A stretch of 64,000 bases of DNA, from NCBI GenBank assembly GCA_016181175.1, contig JACOZV010000004.1, positions 7,718 through 71,717 on the forward strand. The letters are read 5' to 3'. Positions within the stretch are counted from its first letter, which is position 1; the number at the start of each line of letters is the position of its first letter. Origin of the DNA: Candidatus Yanofskybacteria bacterium (GTDB lineage: Bacteria; Patescibacteriota; Minisyncoccia; 2-02-FULL-40-12; IGHO2-01-FULL-4-A). Under the pieces are notes generated by a model. It did no database searches. It was not told the DNA's origin and saw only the letters and a program-made list of their open reading frames with translations. Positions 1 through 7,003 of this stretch are shown piece by piece. The translations under genes and the position numbers were made by a program.

Positions 1-25
1 AATTAAAAAACTAGCTCTAGCAATC

Positions 26-63
26 CCCAACCAAAAACCCCGATAACGGGGTTTTTGGTTGGG
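26..63 (-). terminator. Perfect 17-bp stem / 4-nt loop hairpin downstream of the minus-strand tRNA-Trp
   Basis: cccaaccaaaaaccccg-ataa-cggggtttttggttggg read directly. It has T/A runs on both sides, so it could act bidirectionally. Confidence 0.5.
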
Positions 64-124
64 TCCTTCCTTCGCGGTCTAGAAGCGGGTTTTACCCGCC
101 GTAGCCCGCTTAGGTGGGCGAAGG

Positions 125-195
125 CGGGGGCGTCCCGACTCGAACGGGAATTGACGGTTTTGGAGACCGTAGTCCTGCCATTGAACGACGCCCCC
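125..195 (-). tRNA. tRNA-Trp (anticodon CCA)
   Basis: The reverse complement folds as a cloverleaf: acceptor GGGGGCG/CGCCCCC, anticodon loop CUCCAAA, T arm TCCCG-TTCGAGT-CGGGA. Confidence 0.85.
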
Positions 196-213
196 AAAAT
201 AGTGCTTAAGGCA

Positions 214-372
214 CTATTTTTTTGTTTCTTTGTGCATCACGTGCTTTCTGCAAAACTTGCAGAATTTCTTCATTTCGATTGTCCGCGTAACCAGTTTCTT
301 ATTTTTCGTAGAAAAATAATTGACTTGCTTGCAGATGCTGCACTTTAATTTTATTAGGTTATCTTGGGACAT
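214..372 (-). CDS. rpmG: 50S ribosomal protein L33
   Basis: The internal ATG of ORF 214..435 gives the 52-aa MSQDNLIKLKCSICKQVNYFSTKNKK...FCRKHVMHKETKK. It has typical L33 length and a CxxC...CxxH zinc-ribbon pattern. The upstream part of the ORF overlaps a tRNA. Confidence 0.9.
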   Translation of the reverse strand: MSQDNLIKLKCSICKQVNYFSTKNKKLVTRTIEMKKFCKFCRKHVMHKETKK

Positions 373-390
373 ATTGTTTATTATTAACTT

Positions 391-465
391 TGGAGCCAGC
401 GGTCGGAATCGGACCGACGCTCTTTCCCTTACCATGGGAGTGCTTTACCACTAAGCTACGCTGGC
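391..465 (-). tRNA. tRNA-Thr (anticodon GGT), CCA encoded
   Basis: Reverse complement GCCAGCGTAGCTTAGTGGTAAAGCACTCCCATGGTAAGGGAAAGAGCGTCGGTCCGATTCCGACCGCTGGCTCCA. Acceptor, D, anticodon and T stems all pair. Confidence 0.85.
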
Positions 466-469
466 ATAA

Positions 470-506
470 TACCATGGAGTTGCTCTTCCACTGAGCTACA
501 ACGGCC
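470..506 (-). pseudogene. Orphan tRNA-Thr(GGT)-like 5' half (acceptor strand through anticodon loop), no 3' half
   Basis: GGCCGTTGTAGCTCAGTGGAAGAGCAACTCCATGGTA matches 23/29 nt with the D-arm to anticodon-loop part of the adjacent tRNA-Thr. It stops at CCATGGTA, 4 nt before the intact gene. No complementary AACGGCC-bearing T arm or 3' strand follows. Confidence 0.5.
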
Positions 507-798
507 TCACACCTACTTAGCTTCAACAACACAATTCTTAATTCGCCTTTTAAGTTGCAGGTATGCGTTTCCTCTCAATTTTATACTATATTCTCTATGC
601 TTGGCATCTCCTTGCGAATAATAACTTTCATAGTATATCAGCCACCAAGGAATATTCAACTTTGTGGCTTTAACCAAACCAAAATTGTGTTGTTGGAATC
701 TTAACGTAAGATCGTGGGTATAGCCAAAGTATAATTGGCCATCTTTTTTACTTTTCAAAACATAAAAATAATACATAAAGCTAAGTAGGTGTGAGGCC
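503..798. repeat. Perfect 21-bp inverted repeat bracketing the GIY-YIG ORF
   Basis: ggcctcacacctacttagctt (503-523) is the exact reverse complement of aagctaagtaggtgtgaggcc (778-798). The heptamer aacggcc abuts both outer ends (500-506 and 799-805). Confidence 0.9.
513..776 (-). CDS. Small stand-alone GIY-YIG nuclease family protein (87 aa from the ATG)
   Basis: MYYFYVLKSKKDGQLYFGYTHDLTLRFQQHN... carries the GIY/YIG-type motifs and the length of the UPF0213-like family. The TTG-extended start at 800 lies inside the inverted repeat. Confidence 0.8.
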   Translation of the reverse strand: MYYFYVLKSKKDGQLYFGYTHDLTLRFQQHNFGLVKATKLNIPWWLIYYESYYSQGDAKHREYSIKLRGNAYLQLKRRIKNCVVEAK

Positions 799-839
799 AA
801 CGGCCTTTTTTATCAACATTTTTTAACTTTATTTTTATT

Positions 840-1054
840 CTGTGGGGGCGGTAGCGTTGAAAACCAACTGCTTGGTTTTCAACGGGAATTTTAGCTTTGC
901 CTTGTGCGAATAGCACGGCAAAGCGTTATAAAAATTCCCATGCACCGTATTCGCTAAAAGCGAACTTGATGCAAATCTGCTGCTTCGCAGCAAGTCCAGA
1001 AACATAATCGCCGTAGGTAGTTATGTTTCTGGACTCTATCTGTGGGGGCGGTAG
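840..1054. repeat. 15-bp direct repeat of the tRNA-Tyr 3' end, exactly 200 bp apart
   Basis: ctgtgggggcggtag occurs at 840-854 and at 1040-1054. The second copy is the discriminator, 3' acceptor strand and start of the T stem of the intact tRNA-Tyr. Confidence 0.85.
855..1039 (-). ncRNA. Candidate structured RNA (five consecutive hairpins) between tRNA-Tyr and its duplicated 3' end
   Basis: Hairpins read directly: 855-884 (13 bp), 884-939 (nested 9+8+4 bp), 950-964 (5 bp), 978-992 (6 bp), 994-1034 (14 bp). No ORF is present. The strand is assumed from the flanking tRNAs. Confidence 0.3.
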
Positions 1055-1126
1055 GATTTGCACCTACGTAGGCACAAGGCCAGCAGATTTACAGTCTGCC
1101 CTCGTTGACTGCTTGAGTACACCCCC
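1043..1126 (-). tRNA. tRNA-Tyr (anticodon GTA), long variable arm
   Basis: Reverse complement GGGGGTGTACTCAAGCAGTCAACGAGGGCAGACTGTAAATCTGC...GTAGGTGCAAATCCTACCGCCCCCA. Anticodon loop is CUGUAAA. Confidence 0.85.
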
Positions 1127-1142
1127 TATTTTGGCCAACCGA

Positions 1143-1217
1143 TGGAGCCGACCCCGAGATTCGAACTCGGAACCTACGCTTTACAAAAGCGTTGCTCTGC
1201 CGTTGAGCTAGATCGGC
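1143..1217 (-). tRNA. tRNA-Thr (anticodon TGT), CCA encoded
   Basis: Reverse complement GCCGATCTAGCTCAACGGCAGAGCAACGCTTTTGTAAAGCGTAGGTTCCGAGTTCGAATCTCGGGGTCGGCTCCA. Its 5' end overlaps the last codons of the upstream CDS by ~10 nt. Confidence 0.85.
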
Positions 1218-1843
1218 AACTTTTCCAATTTTTTTAAGAGTCGTGTGAGTTTGTTCCGAGTTGTTTCGTCCTCCGGATCAAGTTCTGCGGCTTTTTTAAA
1301 AGACTCAACTGCATCGTGCCACTCCTCCATTTTCATATATATATTGCCTAATTTTTTATAAAGCCCAGCGTCCTTTGGATTTGTTGCTATTTCAAGAATC
1401 AACTTATGTTCTTGCTCTTCTAAATCTACTCCCCTGCCACTGTCGCTACTAATCCTGACTTCTTGTTCGGCCTGGGCGGCCGCTTCGCTACTTATCACGC
1501 TCTCGTGATGCATCACTGATTTGCGAACCCTATTGATTAACCGATTGGTGACCGCGTCAAGTTTTAGCGAAAATAGTCTTAATTTCCTCAAAAATTTTTC
1601 AAATTCAGCAAGAAAATTAAGACGATATTGCCTTAAATCTACTTTCTGAATATAGGCAGTGGGCACCGGAAAAAATTCAGCCCAAAAACCAGACTGTTCC
1701 GGCACAACACTCTCAACCACTTCGGGGGTAAGTTTTTTAAGATAAACGAACTTTCGGCTTATAATCCAGCCGATAGAGACTATAGAGAAAATAAAAATAC
1801 CAAATGGAATGAAAAAAAACATGTTTAGAGTTGCAGTCGGCAA
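1208..1843 (-). CDS. Membrane-anchored protein with a C-terminal TPR-like repeat
   Basis: N-terminal hydrophobic helix (FFFIPFGIFIFSIVSIGWII). The C-terminus (AGLYKKLGNIYMKMEEWHDAVESFKKAAELDPED) looks like a TPR unit. Confidence 0.55.
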   Translation of the reverse strand: MPTATLNMFFFIPFGIFIFSIVSIGWIISRKFVYLKKLTPEVVESVVPEQSGFWAEFFPVPTAYIQKVDLRQYRLNFLAEFEKFLRKLRLFSLKLDAVTNRLINRVRKSVMHHESVISSEAAAQAEQEVRISSDSGRGVDLEEQEHKLILEIATNPKDAGLYKKLGNIYMKMEEWHDAVESFKKAAELDPEDETTRNKLTRLLKKLEKLPI

Positions 1844-2274
1844 AACTTACCTATCTTTATGTTCTCCCCGAGTTTAGCTATATATTGAGTTATCAATTCT
1901 TCAACGGTAACATCTTGATCGCGAATATATGGCTGGCTTAAAAGCTCGGGGCCGTCTTGCGGATCCATTGCCGCAACCTGCATCGCCACCTCGTGGGCCA
2001 GTTCACTGAACATGGGATTTCGCGCCACAAAATCCGTTTCGCACAAAAGTTCCAACAATACACCCACTTTTTTGTTGGAATGAATATAGGCCTCAACTAA
2101 TCCTTGTCCGGTAGTACGCAATGCCTTTTTTTCAGCCACCTTAACGCCATGTGCCTTTAATACCTCCAAAGCTCGCGCCTTATCCCCGCCGGATTCATCC
2201 AGAGCTTTTTTTATCTCGTTAAAAGACAGGCCTGTTGAATCACGAAGTTCTTTTAATAGTTCTACATGGGACAT
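1825..2274 (-). CDS. tsf: Elongation factor Ts, short form (149 aa)
   Basis: N-terminal UBA-like LLKELRDSTGLSFNEIKKALDESGGDKARALEVLK followed by ...GVLLELLCETDFVARN. It sits directly downstream of rpsB, the conserved rpsB-tsf order. Confidence 0.85.
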   Translation of the reverse strand: MSHVELLKELRDSTGLSFNEIKKALDESGGDKARALEVLKAHGVKVAEKKALRTTGQGLVEAYIHSNKKVGVLLELLCETDFVARNPMFSELAHEVAMQVAAMDPQDGPELLSQPYIRDQDVTVEELITQYIAKLGENIKIGKFCRLQL

Positions 2275-2289
2275 ACATAATTGGGTTAA

Positions 2290-2988
2290 TTAAGGATTAG
2301 TGACGCCCTTGCATATTGCTTCCAATATGAGTTCTACTGATTTCTTGGAATTGTCGTTGGCCCCGATAGGATAATCGATCAGTTTGGGGTCACTATCGGT
2401 ATTAACTATGCCAACGACTTTAACACCTGCTCTTTTGGCTTCATGAACTGGCAATTGGCTCTCCTTAAGCGAGGTAATAAAAATTATGTCGGGAATACGT
2501 GACAGTTTGCGGATACCGCCGAATTTCAACTTCAGGCCTGCGATTTCTTTTTCTTTTAACACCTTTTCTTTTTTAGTAAACTTGTCAAAACCGCCTTCGG
2601 CTTGTTTTTTTTCAAGTTCTTCCAAATATTTAATCCTACCGGTAATTGTTTTGAAATTTGTCAAAGTGCCCCCAAGCCAGCGGTTGATTACATACGGCAT
2701 ACCCAATGTCTCGGCTGTTGTTTTAATCGAGTCGGCAGATTGTTTGGTCAAACCAACAAATAAAATCATCTTGCTTTCTGCCATGGCTTTCTTTAAAAAA
2801 TCCACCGCCTTAACGAGCGAATCTGTTGTTTTGATCAAATCTAATATATAGATATTATCTTTCAGGGTATAGATGTACGGTTTCATGTTTGGGTGGAAAA
2901 TCGTCTTCTTGCGCCCAAAATGCATCCCCGCCCTTACCATATCCTCATAGGCCGGCAAAAAACTGATTGTATTGTTTACTTCAGGCAT
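2290..2988 (-). CDS. rpsB: 30S ribosomal protein S2
   Basis: MVRAGMHFGRKKTIFHPNMKPYIY...NRWLGGTLTNF... is typical S2. I prefer the ATG at 2988 (MPEVNN...) over the longer ORF start at 3045. Confidence 0.9.
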   Translation of the reverse strand: MPEVNNTISFLPAYEDMVRAGMHFGRKKTIFHPNMKPYIYTLKDNIYILDLIKTTDSLVKAVDFLKKAMAESKMILFVGLTKQSADSIKTTAETLGMPYVINRWLGGTLTNFKTITGRIKYLEELEKKQAEGGFDKFTKKEKVLKEKEIAGLKLKFGGIRKLSRIPDIIFITSLKESQLPVHEAKRAGVKVVGIVNTDSDPKLIDYPIGANDNSKKSVELILEAICKGVTNP

Positions 2989-3247
2989 GCTGAAAATAAT
3001 AACAAAAAAATTGGGGATATGCAACACAGCACTCGCCACCCACAAAAATTACAAACTTAATTAGCAATAGGATTTATCTACCGGCTCCGCGCGCGCGTTT
3101 TGCTGGCCGCTACGCGAACAGGCACAAAACCCACGCGCCTTCACCGGAAAACCCGTCGGACTAGCACTTTGTCTTAGAAATTTACGACCGATAAAAACTG
3201 CCGATTGGTATCGGCTTGGGGTTTGTAATCTTTGATGAAAAACAAAA

Positions 3248-3263
3248 GCCGAGGTGTCTCGGC
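3248..3263 (-). terminator. Rho-independent terminator after the 1231-aa gene
   Basis: On the minus strand, GCCGAGACACCUCGGC is followed by UUUUGUUUUU. Confidence 0.6.
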
Positions 3264-3288
3264 AAAAATTGACAGTTGCCCCTATGAC

Positions 3289-6200
3289 TTATTTATAAAA
3301 ATTCCAGAAATTTCCAAAAATATCTAACGCTTTGTCTTTTAACCCCCCCCCCCCCGTAACTTGTATTTCCAAACTGGAATCGCTGAAATTACCGGCCAGA
3401 TCAAAAACTCTGGCAGTTATTTTATGCTTTCCCGACTCAAAAAACGGGACAAGCAACTCCAAAGCAACAGGAAAAAATATTCCATCATCAATCTTAAAAT
3501 AAACAACCGGCTGAACAATTTCCTCGAAACCCACACTGAATTTAAATCTCACAGTCTCGCCGATTTTCACCGACAAAGAACTCGCCTTTATTACTGGCGG
3601 TGCCGGCGGCGTTGAATCAATCATAATTTTGAATTGGGAAACCGGCCCGAGACGGCCATCGGTGTCTTCTGCCTGGAGACGAAAATAGTATATGCTGTCT
3701 TCATCAATGGAGATGTTAAGAAAATTGTCCGAAGTTGAAACGGCTTTGCCCGGTATAAAGTCCGGGGTTTGATTCAACGCATAGTGATAAACGCCGCCTT
3801 CAAGCAACGGCCAAGCCAGCTGAATATCTTTTTTATGATACCAGCGATTGCTGTTGGGATGGCTTGGTGAAAATATGGGTATTATTTCATTAATGCTCGC
3901 GTTGGTTAATCCTTGTCGGGTAATACTGTAAAAAGCGTCACTTGCCGCCCTAAGCACATCGGTCCCCAAGCCGTCATTGGCAAGAACTTGCGTCCCTTCG
4001 GCGAATTTAAGCGAAGCCCCGCCCACAGTTAACGGCTGCACTACAAGCTCGGCTACCGTACCGGACGGTTCGGAAAATCCGGGATTAGGAACGCCGCAAA
4101 CAATTGTTACCGTTCCCGCCGCATTATCAATATCTTTTTCCAAAAAAAGTCCGGGATCGCACAAGGAATTGGCCGTCAAAATATCAACTATTTCAAACAC
4201 GCTCGGGTCATATTTTATTACCGCGCTCACGACATTGATAATTTCTCCACCGGTAAGCACCTTTATGGCAATGTTTTTTTCAACAAATTGGTTAATGATA
4301 TCCGCTTCAGGTTCAAATTTAATCGTAGAATTATAGATAGAATACGGCGCTCTTTCTAATTTTATAGAAATGCGGTCCAGTTTGTTGTAACTGATAAAAT
4401 ACATCACGGAAAATAAAGTCAGGGTTATAATTAAAATAGTTGGAATCCGATGCCTATGATGGAAAACACTCAGGAAAAAAGATAAATATATGAAAATCGC
4501 AAGAAAAGCAAGCGCCATAAAACCGGCCAAAACAATGCTATAGAAATTGTGGCTGGTCGGAAAAAGAATAATCGTTCCGCCGGGGCTTCCCTCAATTCCC
4601 GGAAATACGATATTGCTGACAATGTAATATTCCTCGCTTATTTTAAGTTCTTTGGCAAATTTAGGAACTTGTTTGGCAATTAGGTCGGAACCAACCGAGA
4701 AAAAGCTATTCAGTATAAAAATAGTATCCTTATCCTTTAAGCTTGTGCTGATTAAACCCTCCTCTGGAGTATAAAAAATAACATGCGAACCATTCTTCAA
4801 ATACTTGTCCTGAAACCGTACGGCATAAGAATTGTTAAATAAGTTTCCCAGAACAATAGCGCCGATAACTTTGTCATCTTCTAAAATAAGGGAGTTGCTT
4901 ATTGCGGCCAGGGGATTTTTGACCCCACGGACGATTTCAGTAACCGTTTCACCTTTAGCCACCCGCCTTCCTTGGATAGTGGTTTGAAAAACATTATCTC
5001 CGCGTTGATCCGGCAAATGTGAACGAACAAGCACAAATCCGTCCTTGTCAGTTACGGCAATAAAACTAAGTTCCCTTTCTTTTGCTTCAGCTTGCACGAT
5101 GGAGAGAAGCTCCAGCGTATCGCCTGCCTTCAGGGCATCGTTAAGAACTCCTGAAGAGACAATCTCCTCTCTTTGGTCAGAAATGTATTTGAGTTCCTCG
5201 GAAAAAACAGTCTTTAGTTGAATAATTTGTTTATCAGTTGAATAAGAATACCACAAGCCCAAGAGCCAGTTAGAAAATAGCATAATGATTACAAACACCA
5301 GAATGCTTAGCAATATTTCAATCATCTCTTTTTTGTGTATCCAGTCGGTTTTGCTTTTTTTATTTAATTTCTTTTTTTTACGATATTTTTTAATTAAATA
5401 ACTCTTAACTTCATGCCCAGTAGCTAGAATCTCCTTTTTTGTCGCGACAAAAATGAGCGCAATAATCAAAATAGAGGAAACCAAAAGCCATTCATTTTTA
5501 ATAAAGTTAATGAAGCCGCCGAATATCTTTGTCAAAAAGTCAAAAATTAGTTCGGTAAAAGACCCGGATTTTACCCTAAATGATACTCGGTTAGAATCAA
5601 TAGAAATGGCACTCCTGTCATCAACCGCCTGCGCCGTCACCTCGTGGCGACCTCCTCGTTCCGGCTTAAACTCAACCTGCCAATATCCATTGGCATCGGC
5701 GTGCGTTTCCAGTATGTATTCCGGGTTGACCCTGATGGCAACCCGAACTTTTTGGTTGGGCTTGGCTTTTCCATTTATAGTAATGGTTTCGCCTATTTTA
5801 ACTTGCGGCTTTTCTATTTGATTTAAAATCACCGGCTCTATTGATTGAATCTCCATTTGATAGTCAGATTCTGAATAATTCCCTGCTTTATCAAAAGCTC
5901 TTATGATAATCTTGCGCACCCCTGGCAATTGCAAAGGCATTTTATATAATCCGGCCAACCCCGGTTCTATTTTTAACCAGTCACTCTCACCGATTTTCAT
6001 TTCATATCTATCAATACCAGATGTACCGTCTGAAGTATCAAAAGCGAGTCTGGGTTGCGGGTTGGTTAAGTCCGCCACATCCAATCTGGTTATTTTAAAA
6101 TCTGCGGGTTTTTGGGTATCAACGTTAAACTTAAACGAAGTTACGGGACCTAATCCCGCTGGTGTTTTCGCACGGGCGTTAAAATAAAATTCGCCCTCTC

Positions 6201-6984
6201 CTACATCATCCAGAACTTTTTCTGAAATCGGAGGATCATAGCTTATTATCGGCGGGGAATTGTTTCTTCGGCTCAAAACCAAAATGACCTCGCCGGTATC
6301 TACCGGCAAATCCCATTTGAAAATTGGGTTATTATTTGAATACCACTTTAACTGGTCTGGATGGGTAGACGATGTAATAATCAACTGCTCCGCTGAAACA
6401 GGAGCGGGAGTTGTGACTATTTTGGGCGTTGCTTGAGACGATGCCTGCGGCGATACCGGTGTTACCTTTGGTAATACCGATATTGCCCTTAAAACATAAG
6501 CTCCGCCCGCTAACGATGATAAAACATTCGTACCCTGCCCATCATTGGCTAAAACCGCGCCGGATGAAAAAGAAACTTGAGTAGTTGCCACCGCCTTTGC
6601 CTTGAAGTTTATAGTAAGAATATTGCCTGATGTTCCCGTATATCCAGGATTAAAAACAATGCCGCCGAAATTTATCGTTCCCAGCGCATTGGAAAAATCG
6701 GGTTCTTGCACCCAGAGACTGAAAATAGAACCAGTCCTCGTAAGAGACGTAACCGCGAGTTCAGCAGGATTAAATTTTAGTATGCCTACAGCGGCGTTAA
6801 TTGAAACACCGGCGCTATTAATCCTGATAGAAACACTAAAGTTGCTCCCATTATTATAAGTTCCCGAACCTGGAGATATAAAAAGCGTCGCGGCTCGCGC
6901 TAAAGAAAAGGGAAACAGAAACAAAAGCAAAGAAATTGCTGGAATTGCCCACTGCTTTTTAAATTTTATTTTTAACCCCTCCAA
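3289..6984 (-). CDS. Giant multi-pass surface protein with two cohesin-like modules and a central extracytoplasmic sensor-like domain
   Basis: It has a signal/TM N-terminus and two cohesin-like segments (ILKFNPAELAVTSL...VLANDGQGTNVL and IKYDPSVFEIVDIL...VLANDGLGTDVL). Hydrophobic helices flank a ~200-aa domain (Cache/PDC-like is only a guess). Each cohesin is followed by Ig/FN3-like beta-rich stretches. Confidence 0.6.
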   Translation of the reverse strand: MEGLKIKFKKQWAIPAISLLLFLFPFSLARAATLFISPGSGTYNNGSNFSVSIRINSAGVSINAAVGILKFNPAELAVTSLTRTGSIFSLWVQEPDFSNALGTINFGGIVFNPGYTGTSGNILTINFKAKAVATTQVSFSSGAVLANDGQGTNVLSSLAGGAYVLRAISVLPKVTPVSPQASSQATPKIVTTPAPVSAEQLIITSSTHPDQLKWYSNNNPIFKWDLPVDTGEVILVLSRRNNSPPIISYDPPISEKVLDDVGEGEFYFNARAKTPAGLGPVTSFKFNVDTQKPADFKITRLDVADLTNPQPRLAFDTSDGTSGIDRYEMKIGESDWLKIEPGLAGLYKMPLQLPGVRKIIIRAFDKAGNYSESDYQMEIQSIEPVILNQIEKPQVKIGETITINGKAKPNQKVRVAIRVNPEYILETHADANGYWQVEFKPERGGRHEVTAQAVDDRSAISIDSNRVSFRVKSGSFTELIFDFLTKIFGGFINFIKNEWLLVSSILIIALIFVATKKEILATGHEVKSYLIKKYRKKKKLNKKSKTDWIHKKEMIEILLSILVFVIIMLFSNWLLGLWYSYSTDKQIIQLKTVFSEELKYISDQREEIVSSGVLNDALKAGDTLELLSIVQAEAKERELSFIAVTDKDGFVLVRSHLPDQRGDNVFQTTIQGRRVAKGETVTEIVRGVKNPLAAISNSLILEDDKVIGAIVLGNLFNNSYAVRFQDKYLKNGSHVIFYTPEEGLISTSLKDKDTIFILNSFFSVGSDLIAKQVPKFAKELKISEEYYIVSNIVFPGIEGSPGGTIILFPTSHNFYSIVLAGFMALAFLAIFIYLSFFLSVFHHRHRIPTILIITLTLFSVMYFISYNKLDRISIKLERAPYSIYNSTIKFEPEADIINQFVEKNIAIKVLTGGEIINVVSAVIKYDPSVFEIVDILTANSLCDPGLFLEKDIDNAAGTVTIVCGVPNPGFSEPSGTVAELVVQPLTVGGASLKFAEGTQVLANDGLGTDVLRAASDAFYSITRQGLTNASINEIIPIFSPSHPNSNRWYHKKDIQLAWPLLEGGVYHYALNQTPDFIPGKAVSTSDNFLNISIDEDSIYYFRLQAEDTDGRLGPVSQFKIMIDSTPPAPPVIKASSLSVKIGETVRFKFSVGFEEIVQPVVYFKIDDGIFFPVALELLVPFFESGKHKITARVFDLAGNFSDSSLEIQVTGGGGLKDKALDIFGNFWNFYK

Positions 6985-7003
6985 AGTTAAAATTGATAGC
7001 CTA

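Noticed and set aside
470-857. Permuted or intron-split tRNA formed by the 3' acceptor fragment (843-854) and the 5' half (470-506).
   Set aside because: The acceptor strands are not complementary (CGCCCCC versus GGCCGTT), and there is no T arm next to the 3' fragment.
855-1039. Identity of the structured spacer as tmRNA, RNase P RNA, SRP RNA or a group I intron.
   Set aside because: I could not find the GAGGAAAGUCC-type RNase P core, an SRP GGAA/AGCA helix-8 motif, a tmRNA T arm or tag ORF, or P/Q/R/S-like intron elements. The adjacent tRNA-Tyr is already complete.
3-1211. ORFs 3..197, 55..348 and 1023..1211 in the tRNA/rpmG region.
   Set aside because: They overlap well-folding tRNA genes and the rpmG gene, and they have no protein-like features.
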